DNA of 64,000 nt, from positions 11,429 to 75,428 of the IMG/VR virus record IMGVR_UViG_3300009506_000015; one strand, given 5' to 3'. Made by a program: the position numbers and the translations under genes. The DNA is from a virus. Every line of letters starts with the position of its first letter. The stretch's first letter is position 1. A model generated the notes under the pieces. That model was not told the DNA's origin. It was given only the letters and a program-made list of their open reading frames with translations, and ran no database searches. This document shows positions 53,417-63,400 of this stretch, one piece after another.

Positions 53417-53875
53417 ATGGCAACTGAAGTATTCGCGGGTGATGTCTATGGGACTGCAACCCGCCACGGAAAAGATATCTACGCCGCAACAAGCGAAGAT
53501 ATCAAGCCTGGTATGCTTTGTATGCTTACGTCTGGAAGTAGCGTCACGAAGGCTTCTGCGTCGGACGCGCCGGAAGGTGTAGCTTACGGGGCTCGTCATC
53601 AGGCGTACCGCCCAGACAGCAAGACCTTTGATGATGGTGAAGAGATGGTCCTGCTCATGGGCGACGTCTGGTGTCTTTATTCAAGCGACTTCTTCGTAGG
53701 TGGCACCCTGCCAACGGCAGATAACACCCTGTACTCCGCCGCAGGTGGACTTATGGACACCAGTGGTACGTACAAGGTCGGGCGCTGCATTAAGGTAGGG
53801 ACGCGCATCGAACAGGTCGCCGGTGTTGGCACTAGCCAGAGCCTCGCGCTCGTCCAGCTAGAGCTTAAGCCTTAA
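53417..53875 (+). CDS. head decoration/cement protein
   Basis: 152-aa beta-rich gene between scaffold and capsid. Confidence 0.65.
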   Translation: MATEVFAGDVYGTATRHGKDIYAATSEDIKPGMLCMLTSGSSVTKASASDAPEGVAYGARHQAYRPDSKTFDDGEEMVLLMGDVWCLYSSDFFVGGTLPTADNTLYSAAGGLMDTSGTYKVGRCIKVGTRIEQVAGVGTSQSLALVQLELKP

Positions 53876-53889
53876 AGGAGGCCGAGGAA

Positions 53890-54843
53890 ATGACTGAAGT
53901 GATTAAACTAAAGGATGCAATCAAGTTCGACCCTGCACAGTCCAACTACGTGATTGCGGAGGAATTCAGCCAGACTGACGTGGACGAACTCTTGCGGTCT
54001 ATCGCCTACGAGACTATGGCGGGCTATGACTTGCAGGAAACCCACGAACTGCTCGCGCAGAACATCCTCGAACCTATCCGCCAGAGCGTTCCGTACACCG
54101 AGATGTACCGCATGTTCTTCACCGAACATCCGGTCGGTGAACTTGAAGACCCTGCATACCCAATCGAAGACCTGCCGGTCATCGTCTGGGAAACGCACCG
54201 CGACGGTGAGATTATGTTCGTTCGGGCGAACTACCGCTGGACTCGACCAGAATTCACCACGTATGATACTGGTATCGAGGTACAGTGGGACGACCTGCGA
54301 CGTGCTGGCTGGAACTACTTGGCGCGGCAGATGATGTACGCGACCGAGGAACTCGCCCGCAAGCGCGACGCAGACGCTAAGACCGTTCTGGATGCGGCCA
54401 TCGTATCTGGGCAGAACCATTCGGTTTCCGGCGGAAGCCTGACACGCGCATCGTTGCGTGCCGTCATCAAGGCTGCCGTAGCCATCGGGTTCCCGATGAC
54501 CCAGTGCTTGGTCAACTCCGGTACGATTATCGACGTCGGTGACGACGACTGGCCAGAGGGCTTTAGTATGCCCGAGGCGGAACAGCGCGAGCTGCTCACC
54601 AACCTGTATCTAGGCCAGTTTGGGCGCTGCAACTTCTACACCAACCCGCACGCCGAAGCCTCGACGCTGTACTTCAGCGGGCCTCCGGCTGGTATCGGTT
54701 GGCACATGACCAGGGGCACGACACGCAGCGTGTCTGACATTGACATCAGGAAGAAAGTAGACCTGCACGCTATTCTCGACCAGGACCACACGTGGGTAGT
54801 TGGCAACGCGTATAACCTGCGCACACTGACCATTACTGCCTAG
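53890..54843 (+). CDS. major capsid protein
   Basis: 317 aa, position, SD AAGGAGG; ELARKRD spine-helix-like segment of the HK97 fold. Confidence 0.8.
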   Translation: MTEVIKLKDAIKFDPAQSNYVIAEEFSQTDVDELLRSIAYETMAGYDLQETHELLAQNILEPIRQSVPYTEMYRMFFTEHPVGELEDPAYPIEDLPVIVWETHRDGEIMFVRANYRWTRPEFTTYDTGIEVQWDDLRRAGWNYLARQMMYATEELARKRDADAKTVLDAAIVSGQNHSVSGGSLTRASLRAVIKAAVAIGFPMTQCLVNSGTIIDVGDDDWPEGFSMPEAEQRELLTNLYLGQFGRCNFYTNPHAEASTLYFSGPPAGIGWHMTRGTTRSVSDIDIRKKVDLHAILDQDHTWVVGNAYNLRTLTITA

Positions 54844-54865
54844 TGCAACATAGGAGGAAATCAGG

Positions 54866-55420
54866 GTGAGTGAACAAGAGAATAAATCTGGTAGGTGGCT
54901 AATCGTCAAGAACGAAGAAATCGGGCCAATCATGTTTCCGAACCCAGATAGGGACGCGAGGGACAGCGACGACCTGGACCTCGCAGGGTTTGAGGAGAAG
55001 GTGATTGATAGCCTGTGGCTAGACGTACCACACTTCGTCCGGGCAGTGGATTCGGGCAGGGTGTCCGTATATCGTAGCGATACCCTGCCCAGGTCCGACT
55101 TCCTGGTAGCAACTGTGGTAAGCGAACTCACGGCGAGGGGCTGGTCTAACAACGCCGCCCTGACAATCTATAACATCTGCGCGTCCGAGCCGATACCGCC
55201 GGAGTTCGACCAGTTCATCGACCTGGCACCGTCACGCGATAGCAAGACGCAGAACGGACCGGACACCACGATCATCGGGCCACGGTGGGACTTACTCAGG
55301 CAGCACCTACCGTTCCTGCGCGAGATCCTCGCGCTAGAGCTGAAGTGGCGTAAAAGGCCAGCGATTGTAAAGCGACTGAGAGCAAGAATCAGAGAACTGG
55401 AGTCCAGGGCACGTGTATGA
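54866..55420 (+). CDS. hypothetical protein (head region)
   Basis: SD AGGAGG. Confidence 0.65.
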   Translation: MSEQENKSGRWLIVKNEEIGPIMFPNPDRDARDSDDLDLAGFEEKVIDSLWLDVPHFVRAVDSGRVSVYRSDTLPRSDFLVATVVSELTARGWSNNAALTIYNICASEPIPPEFDQFIDLAPSRDSKTQNGPDTTIIGPRWDLLRQHLPFLREILALELKWRKRPAIVKRLRARIRELESRARV

Positions 55421-56213
55421 TCTGAAGTCCAGGGGCGTAAAGGATTTTAGGCTCGCGGTAGATAGGTTAAAATATGCCGTGCGCGACCCTCTCGAGGGCA
55501 GCGTGGGCACTAACACGGTATTCCGTGCCAGGTTCTACCCCATATCCAGCACGCCAACACCAGTCATCTATTCCACGTCTGGCTCCGTAGACCCGAGCGG
55601 GTACGAGCTGGATACCGAAACTGGTACTGTTGTGTTCGACAGTGCGCCGACCGCACAGCCGACCATGACGTACAAATGGTCAAATATGACAGATACGGAA
55701 GTGGTTGATATACTGGTCCTGGCGTTTCAGGATATGGAAAGCAGATGGCCAAGGAAGTTCAAGCTGGTTGACTCCGACAGTTCCGAAGTGTTATACCCGA
55801 GTGAAGCCACGGAAGTGAACGTGGTAGATACGGACGGTAACGATCCGACATGCGGTACGGCGACATTCAGCACGTCCACGGTGGAGCGTGATATGCTGAT
55901 GAAGTGCGCCAGATATAGTAACCTGGCCGCAAAGATGGACATGGCGGCGGAACAATACTTCATGTTCCGCGAGGACAGGGGCGTCACGGTAGACAAGACG
56001 AAGATACCTGCTAACCTTGACCTCGCCCTGAAACGTGCAGACGCCGACGTGAAACGCGCCGTGCGAGCAGCGCAGTCAAAATACTATACGAGCGGTGCGC
56101 ACTTAGGCGAAGCACAAAAGTCGCCCGGCACACAGGACTACTTCACAGACTACGAATGGCAGACGGGAAGCCGGGACGACGACTACAGGACAACTTATGC
56201 TGGATCGTCGTAG
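55413..56213 (+). CDS. head-tail adaptor with inserted beta domain
   Basis: LKYAVRD....TDTEV adaptor pattern around YELDTETGTVVFDSAP. Confidence 0.6.
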   Translation: MYDLKSRGVKDFRLAVDRLKYAVRDPLEGSVGTNTVFRARFYPISSTPTPVIYSTSGSVDPSGYELDTETGTVVFDSAPTAQPTMTYKWSNMTDTEVVDILVLAFQDMESRWPRKFKLVDSDSSEVLYPSEATEVNVVDTDGNDPTCGTATFSTSTVERDMLMKCARYSNLAAKMDMAAEQYFMFREDRGVTVDKTKIPANLDLALKRADADVKRAVRAAQSKYYTSGAHLGEAQKSPGTQDYFTDYEWQTGSRDDDYRTTYAGSS

Positions 56214-56676
56214 CAATCGCTGGTTCGTTGATAACACCCTGCATGAGATACGCAGGGGATACAGAGATATAGCAGTCGTATACCCGACCGAAGAGACCGT
56301 GTGTACGGAATGTGGCGGTCAGGAAGAGTTCACGCAATCGGCGTTCGACGCGTTCTGTACTACGTGTAACGGTACAGGGTACACTTTTACATGGGCCACC
56401 GTGCTTATCAGTGGCCGGATACAACACTACGACTTCGTCAAGCTATCACAGGCCGGACTACCGCCTGGCATAGAGATCGGTGATGCGGTCATATACGTTA
56501 GCGTTGCCGCCAAGGAAGCAATAGAAGAAGTTAGAGGCTCGCCATACGGCTATGTGTACATTGACGGACAGACGTATAGACCCTGGAGCATAGAACCAAC
56601 GGGTGTCATGTATGCAGACGATTGGCGGGTTGAGCTTAAACGATCAGAGGTCAAGGCACATGCTTCGGGATACTGA
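56197..56676 (+). CDS. head closure/stopper protein with zinc finger
   Basis: CTEC..CTTCNGTG, YIDGQTY; position. Confidence 0.6.
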   Translation: MLDRRSNRWFVDNTLHEIRRGYRDIAVVYPTEETVCTECGGQEEFTQSAFDAFCTTCNGTGYTFTWATVLISGRIQHYDFVKLSQAGLPPGIEIGDAVIYVSVAAKEAIEEVRGSPYGYVYIDGQTYRPWSIEPTGVMYADDWRVELKRSEVKAHASGY

Positions 56677-56938
56677 TCTGGACAAGACGATTAACTGTGC
56701 TATCGCCAAGATACTGGCAGCGATTGACGAGAACGATAGCAATATACGCAACATCGTACTGGACGAGTTAAATGCCATCAAGCGGTACTTTAGGAGAATT
56801 TATCGTACAGCTACGGCTCCAGAGGGACAAGTTGCAGCAAGCTGCGCCGATACTGGCGAACAGGTTCGCAGACGCCCTCGTGGAGGAACTGACGGCGAGG
56901 GTTCCGGGGCCATCAAAGCATCCGAACGCTTCCGGTAA
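56660..56938 (+). CDS. small hypothetical protein overlapping the next gene
   Basis: MLRDTDLDKTIN...ILAAIDE..IVLDELNAIKR fills the gap; 167-nt overlap. Confidence 0.45.
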   Translation: MLRDTDLDKTINCAIAKILAAIDENDSNIRNIVLDELNAIKRYFRRIYRTATAPEGQVAASCADTGEQVRRRPRGGTDGEGSGAIKASERFR

Positions 56939-57542
56939 CTTGTTTCGGGCCATCACGGCCCGGACTGCACCGTATAGGCGCGGGTCGTATGTCGTAGTAG
57001 GTATCGGTAACAAGGCTCTGCTTGGCGAACGGGGTGTCAAGTCGTATTCACCGGAACCGATTAGGGCGTTCCTAGACTGGTGGATGCAGGAACGTGAGGA
57101 AGGCAGGGCGTACAGGGCACAGCGCACGGCAGAACAGCGCGTGGAACACGCCAGGCAGCAGGAGATCGCCCGGCAGATACGCGCAGCGGAAAAGGCCGCA
57201 CAGCTCGAGATAGGCGCGGCCAGGGCCAGGATAGAGGCAGCGGAAGAACTGGTAGAAACGACGAAGAAGGCACTCAGGAAGACGTTGCAGGAGTACAGGG
57301 CCGTAGCGGAACGGATTGAACGATACTCGTCAGTGTACGCGGAATATCTAGCGGTTGGCAGGAGATACATCCAGTTCAAAAGCGGCCAGAGAAGGCCACT
57401 GTCGTGGATAACTGGACAGATAGCAATATTGACGGAAAAGGAAAACCTGTTACGGACGACGATAAAGACCAGGCGCGACGAAGTAAACTATGCCGTAAGG
57501 CAACTACGGGAGCTGAGGAAGCTATATGCCTGGCTTCAGTAA
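56772..57542 (+). CDS. neck protein, HK97 gp10-like N-half plus coiled coil
   Basis: ELTARVP....SGNLFRAI. Confidence 0.55.
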   Translation: MPSSGTLGEFIVQLRLQRDKLQQAAPILANRFADALVEELTARVPGPSKHPNASGNLFRAITARTAPYRRGSYVVVGIGNKALLGERGVKSYSPEPIRAFLDWWMQEREEGRAYRAQRTAEQRVEHARQQEIARQIRAAEKAAQLEIGAARARIEAAEELVETTKKALRKTLQEYRAVAERIERYSSVYAEYLAVGRRYIQFKSGQRRPLSWITGQIAILTEKENLLRTTIKTRRDEVNYAVRQLRELRKLYAWLQ

Positions 57543-57804
57543 TTTCCCGACAGGCAGCAAGTATGCCTGGTGGAAGCTAAATAGTGCCAAGAAGCAAGTC
57601 CTCCAGAAGGAGAGGCTCGGTAGTCGATTCGGCGGTGAAACTGCCGCAGGTATAGGGGCAGCACCGTACTTTTGGTCACAGGAATATGGAAACGAAAGGG
57701 CAGCGATAACTGCGCAACACTTTGCAGAAAGATCGTGGGAAGCGTTCCAGGTTAGAGTACCTAACATAATAAGCGAAGTTGTGCGAGAAGTAATGGGCCG
57801 TTAA
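57526..57804 (+). CDS. neck protein, HK97 gp10-like C-half
   Basis: APYFWSQEYG....AQHFAERSWE. Confidence 0.55.
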   Translation: MPGFSNFPTGSKYAWWKLNSAKKQVLQKERLGSRFGGETAAGIGAAPYFWSQEYGNERAAITAQHFAERSWEAFQVRVPNIISEVVREVMGR

Positions 57805-57856
57805 GCCGCCGCCCGGTGGTCCTTATTTCTGTTGAAGGGCAGAACCCTTAAACGAT

Positions 57857-58396
57857 ATGCAACACAACCGTAATATACGTATCAGTGTTAAAGATCATAT
57901 TTCCTCTGCGTTCACATCGCCCGGTGTGGGTGGCCCGTCGTCGCCGTTAAACGTGTACGGCGAGAACAGCTTACCGTGGCGTAGCCCTTCATTCACTCCG
58001 ACACAGCCATATCTGTTCATCGTGGACAGTAACATATCACCAACTCTGGCGTCTCTACCATTCATCGTCGTAGAACTATCGCTGATAAGCAAGAGGCCAT
58101 CGGAGTTGGGCAGGCAGGCTAGGACGGCAACGCTTAACCTCCACGTGTTCGGTCGCAACCGTGGCGAGCGGGATGATTTGGCGTCGTACTTACAGGATTG
58201 GCTTGCGACTTCCGGTTCTGGTAATAAGGTATCTGTAAAAGACTACGGCACGGCGGGCTGGCCCGAGGTAGACACAGCCCTGGTCACTAGTGGCGTAGGA
58301 GTGGTACAGGTACAGCCGACCGAGGAGCGCATGGAATCCGCCAGCACGGACAACTGGAATATTGTCTCGTGCGTATTACAGTTCAAGACAAAATAA
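57857..58396 (+). CDS. tail terminator/completion protein
   Basis: LPFIVV...LHVFGRNRGERDDLASYL; upstream of the tail tube gene. Confidence 0.7.
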   Translation: MQHNRNIRISVKDHISSAFTSPGVGGPSSPLNVYGENSLPWRSPSFTPTQPYLFIVDSNISPTLASLPFIVVELSLISKRPSELGRQARTATLNLHVFGRNRGERDDLASYLQDWLATSGSGNKVSVKDYGTAGWPEVDTALVTSGVGVVQVQPTEERMESASTDNWNIVSCVLQFKTK

Positions 58397-58408
58397 TGTG
58401 GAGGCAAC

Positions 58409-59425
58409 ATGCCATCAGAACCGCTAGAAGTAGCAATTAGAGCACATCAAGCGTATATGTTCCTGCATAACACGGACACGTATGCCTCGTATGGCGAGAT
58501 CTACGTGGACCGTGTTCAATCTGCGGAACCGACGCAGACTATCCGCCAGGACAAGTCCTACGAACTCGGGCGTAAGGGACCGACTGGCGCTAGTGAAGAC
58601 CCGCCCGACTTCCGATTCGTTTGGGAAGAGAACTGGGCCAAGTGGGAATCCGCGCTGTACCAGGCAGGGAAAGACCCGTCTACGGACACATCCTTTAACC
58701 TGGGCGACATCGTGGACAATACGGATGTCGATATCTACGTCGTGACCGAAGATAGTGACGGCGTTGCCCAGAACGAATACGTGTACGAGCAGTCGTCCTT
58801 GTCCGAACTGGCTATGTCCTGGCGTATGGGTTCTCCAATCACCGTCAGGTATACCAGGGACGCCATCAACGGTAAGATTTACCGCCAGGGCGCTCTGACG
58901 CACACGGCTAGGACCGCGCTGGACGACGCGAGTCCAGGCAGTATCAACCCGAAGGACGCTCGTGTGTTCTTCTACAGCTCCGGCTGTACGCCAGCGGACA
59001 CCGACCGCGTGTACAGGCTGCAAGGGTTCGATATCACCGCACGGTTCCCGTCCTTCAGCGTCCTCGAGATCGGGCGACGCGACAAGGTCGGCGTGCTGAT
59101 TGACCCGCCCGATGTGTCCTGCACGATGGACGCCCAACCAGGCGACGACCAGCCGTGGGATAGGTTCTTCGATGACGCCGGTACGTATCTGGACCTGAAT
59201 ACGCTCCAGGCGCAGAACGGTCTGATTCGTATCTACGACCCGGAAGAGACTGAAGCATCGTCTGTCCTTGGTTCGGTCGTTCTTGAGAACCTGAAGTCCA
59301 CTGGTGGAACACCGCTCCGCGCCCAGGTGCGTGGTCTGTCAACATCCCGCATCAGCGCAGACGTCAGCAAGGAAGTAACCGAGAACTCTGGCGGGATGAT
59401 CTGCTACGTTGGCGACATCCCATAG
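58409..59425 (+). CDS. major tail tube protein
   Basis: 338 aa, two similar halves (RVQS..YELG and RLQG..LEIG); position. Confidence 0.7.
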   Translation: MPSEPLEVAIRAHQAYMFLHNTDTYASYGEIYVDRVQSAEPTQTIRQDKSYELGRKGPTGASEDPPDFRFVWEENWAKWESALYQAGKDPSTDTSFNLGDIVDNTDVDIYVVTEDSDGVAQNEYVYEQSSLSELAMSWRMGSPITVRYTRDAINGKIYRQGALTHTARTALDDASPGSINPKDARVFFYSSGCTPADTDRVYRLQGFDITARFPSFSVLEIGRRDKVGVLIDPPDVSCTMDAQPGDDQPWDRFFDDAGTYLDLNTLQAQNGLIRIYDPEETEASSVLGSVVLENLKSTGGTPLRAQVRGLSTSRISADVSKEVTENSGGMICYVGDIP

Positions 59426-59440
59426 TCGGGAGGCAGGAAG

Positions 59441-60148
59441 ATGGAATTGCAAATGCAGTTGGATGACCTATTCAATGTGGAAGCAACAGTAACCTTGCCC
59501 GGTGGCGAGGCTATAATCGTGCGTACCCTTACCGACGCGGAGATACAGATGCGCGATAAGGCGTCGATAACGGCGGCGGCTGCTGTAGAGGCGAAACTTC
59601 TTGACAAGGAAAGTGACGAGCACAAGGAAATGATAGAACCTCTACAGCAGCTAGGCCGCGACGACCTGATTATCATCATCATGGCCGTTGCGGATGTAAC
59701 TACCAGGGCAGAAGTAGAGCGCGAATACCCTTACAGGTACGTGCCACTCCCAGACGATGCTTCCGAGGAAGAAAAGCGCGAGGTCACGCGCCGACAGGAA
59801 GAGTCGGAAGCACGTGTCCTGCACCTACGCTCAGAAGAAGTTAGCACCAGGCTTACTGATATCGCAAACAAGCTAAGCGAGCTGGACGAGGATAAGCTGC
59901 GCAGCAGGGCTGTCAATGCGGCCATGCAGTCAAGCATCTTTAACGCCAAGTACGAGGAATTTATCGTTCAGACTGTGTATATGAGCGCCAGGATTGGGAG
60001 CGGCAAGGGCAGGAACAGGTTCGACCTTGAACATGTGAAGGGCCACGGCAAGAAGGACGGACTCAACGAGAATGTGTTCCGCTATCTCTTGCAGGTGTAC
60101 GGGACGGTAGATACTGCTGACCCGTGGGAACTTCAAAAAAAACTTTAG
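59441..60148 (+). CDS. tail assembly chaperone (gpG-like)
   Basis: Acidic, between tail tube and tape measure; ends in a slippery site. Confidence 0.8.
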   Translation: MELQMQLDDLFNVEATVTLPGGEAIIVRTLTDAEIQMRDKASITAAAAVEAKLLDKESDEHKEMIEPLQQLGRDDLIIIIMAVADVTTRAEVEREYPYRYVPLPDDASEEEKREVTRRQEESEARVLHLRSEEVSTRLTDIANKLSELDEDKLRSRAVNAAMQSSIFNAKYEEFIVQTVYMSARIGSGKGRNRFDLEHVKGHGKKDGLNENVFRYLLQVYGTVDTADPWELQKKL

Positions 60149-60185
60149 ACGGGGTATTCTGGGGCATGTTGCAGTCCAATACCCC
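60136..60185 (+). other. -1 programmed ribosomal frameshift signal
   Basis: A AAA AAA (60136-60142) followed 8 nt later by the GGGGTATT/AATACCCC stem. Confidence 0.85.
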
Positions 60186-60408
60186 GATTAACGATGAATG
60201 GGATGGGAGGAATGAACCCTGGCACTGGGCATTGATTAAGGTCATGTACAAACATTGTCAGGGGGTGCTGGAAGACCCGACCCTGCGCGACCTTGATGGC
60301 CATCCTCCGCCGAAGGACATATGGTTTGAGTCGAAACAGCTCGAAGCATGGCGGCGTGATAGGGAACGGGAACGTGACATAAAGGCAAAGCGAGAGAGTC
60401 GTGTCTGA
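60142..60408 (+). CDS. tail chaperone frameshift extension (gpGT-like)
   Basis: -1 frame open to 60408, overlapping the tape measure start. Confidence 0.8.
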   Translation, partial: TLDGVFWGMLQSNTPINDEWDGRNEPWHWALIKVMYKHCQGVLEDPTLRDLDGHPPPKDIWFESKQLEAWRRDRERERDIKAKRESRV

Positions 60409-63400
60409 ACAATTCGAATCGCTATACACGGTAGGGGTAAATACCGAACCCGCCGAGAACTCACTAGAGCGGCTGATAGAGCTAGCTACGCGAGGCACTG
60501 TCGCTCTAGGTACTATGGTGGCCCAGATCGAAAAGATGGGCAAGACGATGGCGTCTTTGGGCGACATTGCGGAGACTGGCTTCGACAATGTAGTGGATGC
60601 CGTCAACACCTGGGGCGACTCTATCAACACAGCCGTAGGCGGACTGGGGAAAGAACTGCCTAAAGTCACCAAGAAGCTCACGGAGATCACCGGGCTTCTG
60701 AAGACCATGTCCGAATCCACGAGCGCGGCGGTCGGAGAACAGGCGTCGAATGAAGTAGCGGCGTACACCCGCAAGCTGGACGAAGCCACAATGAAGCTGC
60801 AAGAACTCCAGCTAACACTCAAGCAGCTAGGCGGCAAGGCCGTCATGCCTGGGTTCTCGGACGAAACCATGAGAGAACTGTTCCCTGATATCGAGACATT
60901 CGAAAAGTCTCGCAGGGAATGGGAAGAGATACTGCGTAATCCCTATACTGAGCGACGAATCCCGGTTGAAGTTACGAACAAAGCTGGTGCGACGTTCATG
61001 TCAACCAGGCTGGAGCAGACACCGAACTACCCAGAGATTGACATAGCGCGTGCCCATGCCGCTTCGAAGTTCGAGAGCTTCCCAGAGCTGGTGAAATACA
61101 TAAACGCGCTGCGTGAGGTTGAGGAAGCAGAACAGCGCGTCGCCCTGCTCTCAGAACAGACTGCGGAAGTTCGGAAGCGGGCTGGTATGGAGGCAGCAGA
61201 GGAGGCGGAGCGCGAGATAGAACTGGCCCGGCGCAAGGCAGAAGCGGCGGCACAGGCGCAGATACAGGCCGCAGAATCCACGCAGAAGCTAACGGAATAC
61301 TTCACCAAAGAACAGCAATCGCCCTGGTCGGAGCAGTACGGGTTCGGCAAGATCACGCAATTTCAGGAATCAATGCTTAAAGTCCTGGCCGCGTTCGACC
61401 AGATAAGTTCTGCCGGTAAGGATACGAACGTCACCTTCGAATCGCTTGTAGAATCCCTGACATATATTCAGGGCATGAGGTTCCAGAGAACGAGTACAAG
61501 CCTCATGGCCATCAGGGAACGATTGCGCGAATCGCACAGCGTGGCCCTTGAGCTAATAATGGCCCTGGAAAAGATATACAGTTTCAGCGGGCAGATGCCA
61601 CAGCTCATGCCGAACCAGGCCATACCGCAAGCGGCAGAGGTGATGCCGACAGAGCAGAACCCCGCATCCTACTGGGCAATGCAAGCTGGTGGTGCGCCTG
61701 ATGTTAGCGAGACGATCCACCAGATGGCAGTGGACTCCGCTAGGGAGTTCGAACAAATAGCCCCTGCGGCCAAGACGGTGTTTGATAGGATCATTGAAGC
61801 CGCACTTGAGCTAAAGCGTAGGATGGTTGACCAGTCCATCATCCCCGACATGGTGCGTGACATAAATGCGTGGCTGGCACAGATACGCTTTCCGCAGAAC
61901 GTCGCAGACGAATTACAGGCCGCCGCAGATGCAGCTACCGCAGGCGTGGCCCTATCTACAAAGACCACGCAGCCAGGTCCGGTAGCTGGCTACGGTCGCA
62001 ACGTTACCACGGAGTTCTGGAAGGGTGGCGAACTTGAGAAGACCGTGGTCAATTATGCCAAAGCGTTCACCACGGTGGACGACATCACCGGCAAGGTCGG
62101 GCAATCCATACAGCAGGTCCAGAAAGAATATAACGCACTTGGTGATACTCTTGGCGGGTCGTCCACAACAGTTACCAAGTTCGCTGATGGCATGGTCAGG
62201 GTCAAGCGGGAGGTGGATGGGTCTGGCAAGGCGTTCGGTGATGCCACGCTGATGGCCAGCCGGTTCCTGCGGCACATCACCTGGATTCTACAGGGTATCG
62301 TAGTTTGGGGTGCCATCCGCAGGATACAGGAAATGGGACGCCAGTACGTCGAAACGTTCAGCGAGATAGAACAGCAGGCGGTACGCACGGCGTTCGTTAT
62401 TCAGACTACCACCGAACAGATACAGCTCGCGCAGTCCAGGCAGGCTGTGTCCGTGGCTCAATACGGTATAGACCCAACGTCATCCGCATCGGCAAGCACG
62501 ATCATGGCGCAGTATGGTGTAGCCGACGAGCAGACGAGGATCAACGCCGCCAGACTAGCCATGACCGCGCAGATGGATATGGCGGACGCCACCAGGGCGC
62601 TGCTATCCGTACAGCGACAGTGGAACATGAGCGGCGCTGAAGGCGCACAGGTCTTGGATACGCTGGCAACCATGTACGCGAACGCTCCGGGCGAAATGAA
62701 GGATTTCCTAGACCTCATGCAGGAAGGTCCAGCCCTGGCGGAACAGATGGGCCAGTCATTTGAAGAGAACATGCTGCTGATCTCCAGGGCGATGTCATAC
62801 CTACCTGGCAGGACGCCAGGTAACATATCCAGCCTCATGGGCCGCACGCTCAGCCGCGTCTACAGCCCGGACACGGCGGAAACACTCGCCAGGCGCTACA
62901 ACATCAGGGTGTTTGATCCAGATACGCTACAGCGCGAGTCTGGCCTGGACGTGCTGGACCAGATTGCCCAGAAGTTCCAAGAGGTTCGTACCGAATCTGA
63001 GAAGGCCGCCCTTGCCGAACTCGTCGCAGGGACCAGGCAAGGTACTGCCTGGCGTGATGCATACGTACTGCTACAGAACTGGACAGGGGGCATCAGGGAT
63101 GCCAACACGGAGCTACGCAGCTTCGATGACCTAGCATCTGGCGTGGAAGAAACCTGGAAGAATACGACCGACGAACTTACAGCTTCGTGGAAGATATTCT
63201 TGCAAGAACTTGGAAAGACTGGTGGCATCCTGCACGGCATACAGGACGCAATGGAGGAAATGTCCGAGGGGTTTCAGAAGAGCACAAGGTGGGAAGCACT
63301 GGACGCCGCGTTGTCTAAGTACGGCATGGGCCTGCACGGCTTGAACGCGGATAGAATGTTGCAGATGTATGAAGAATCGGGCGGCGGGCGAGGCTTCGAG

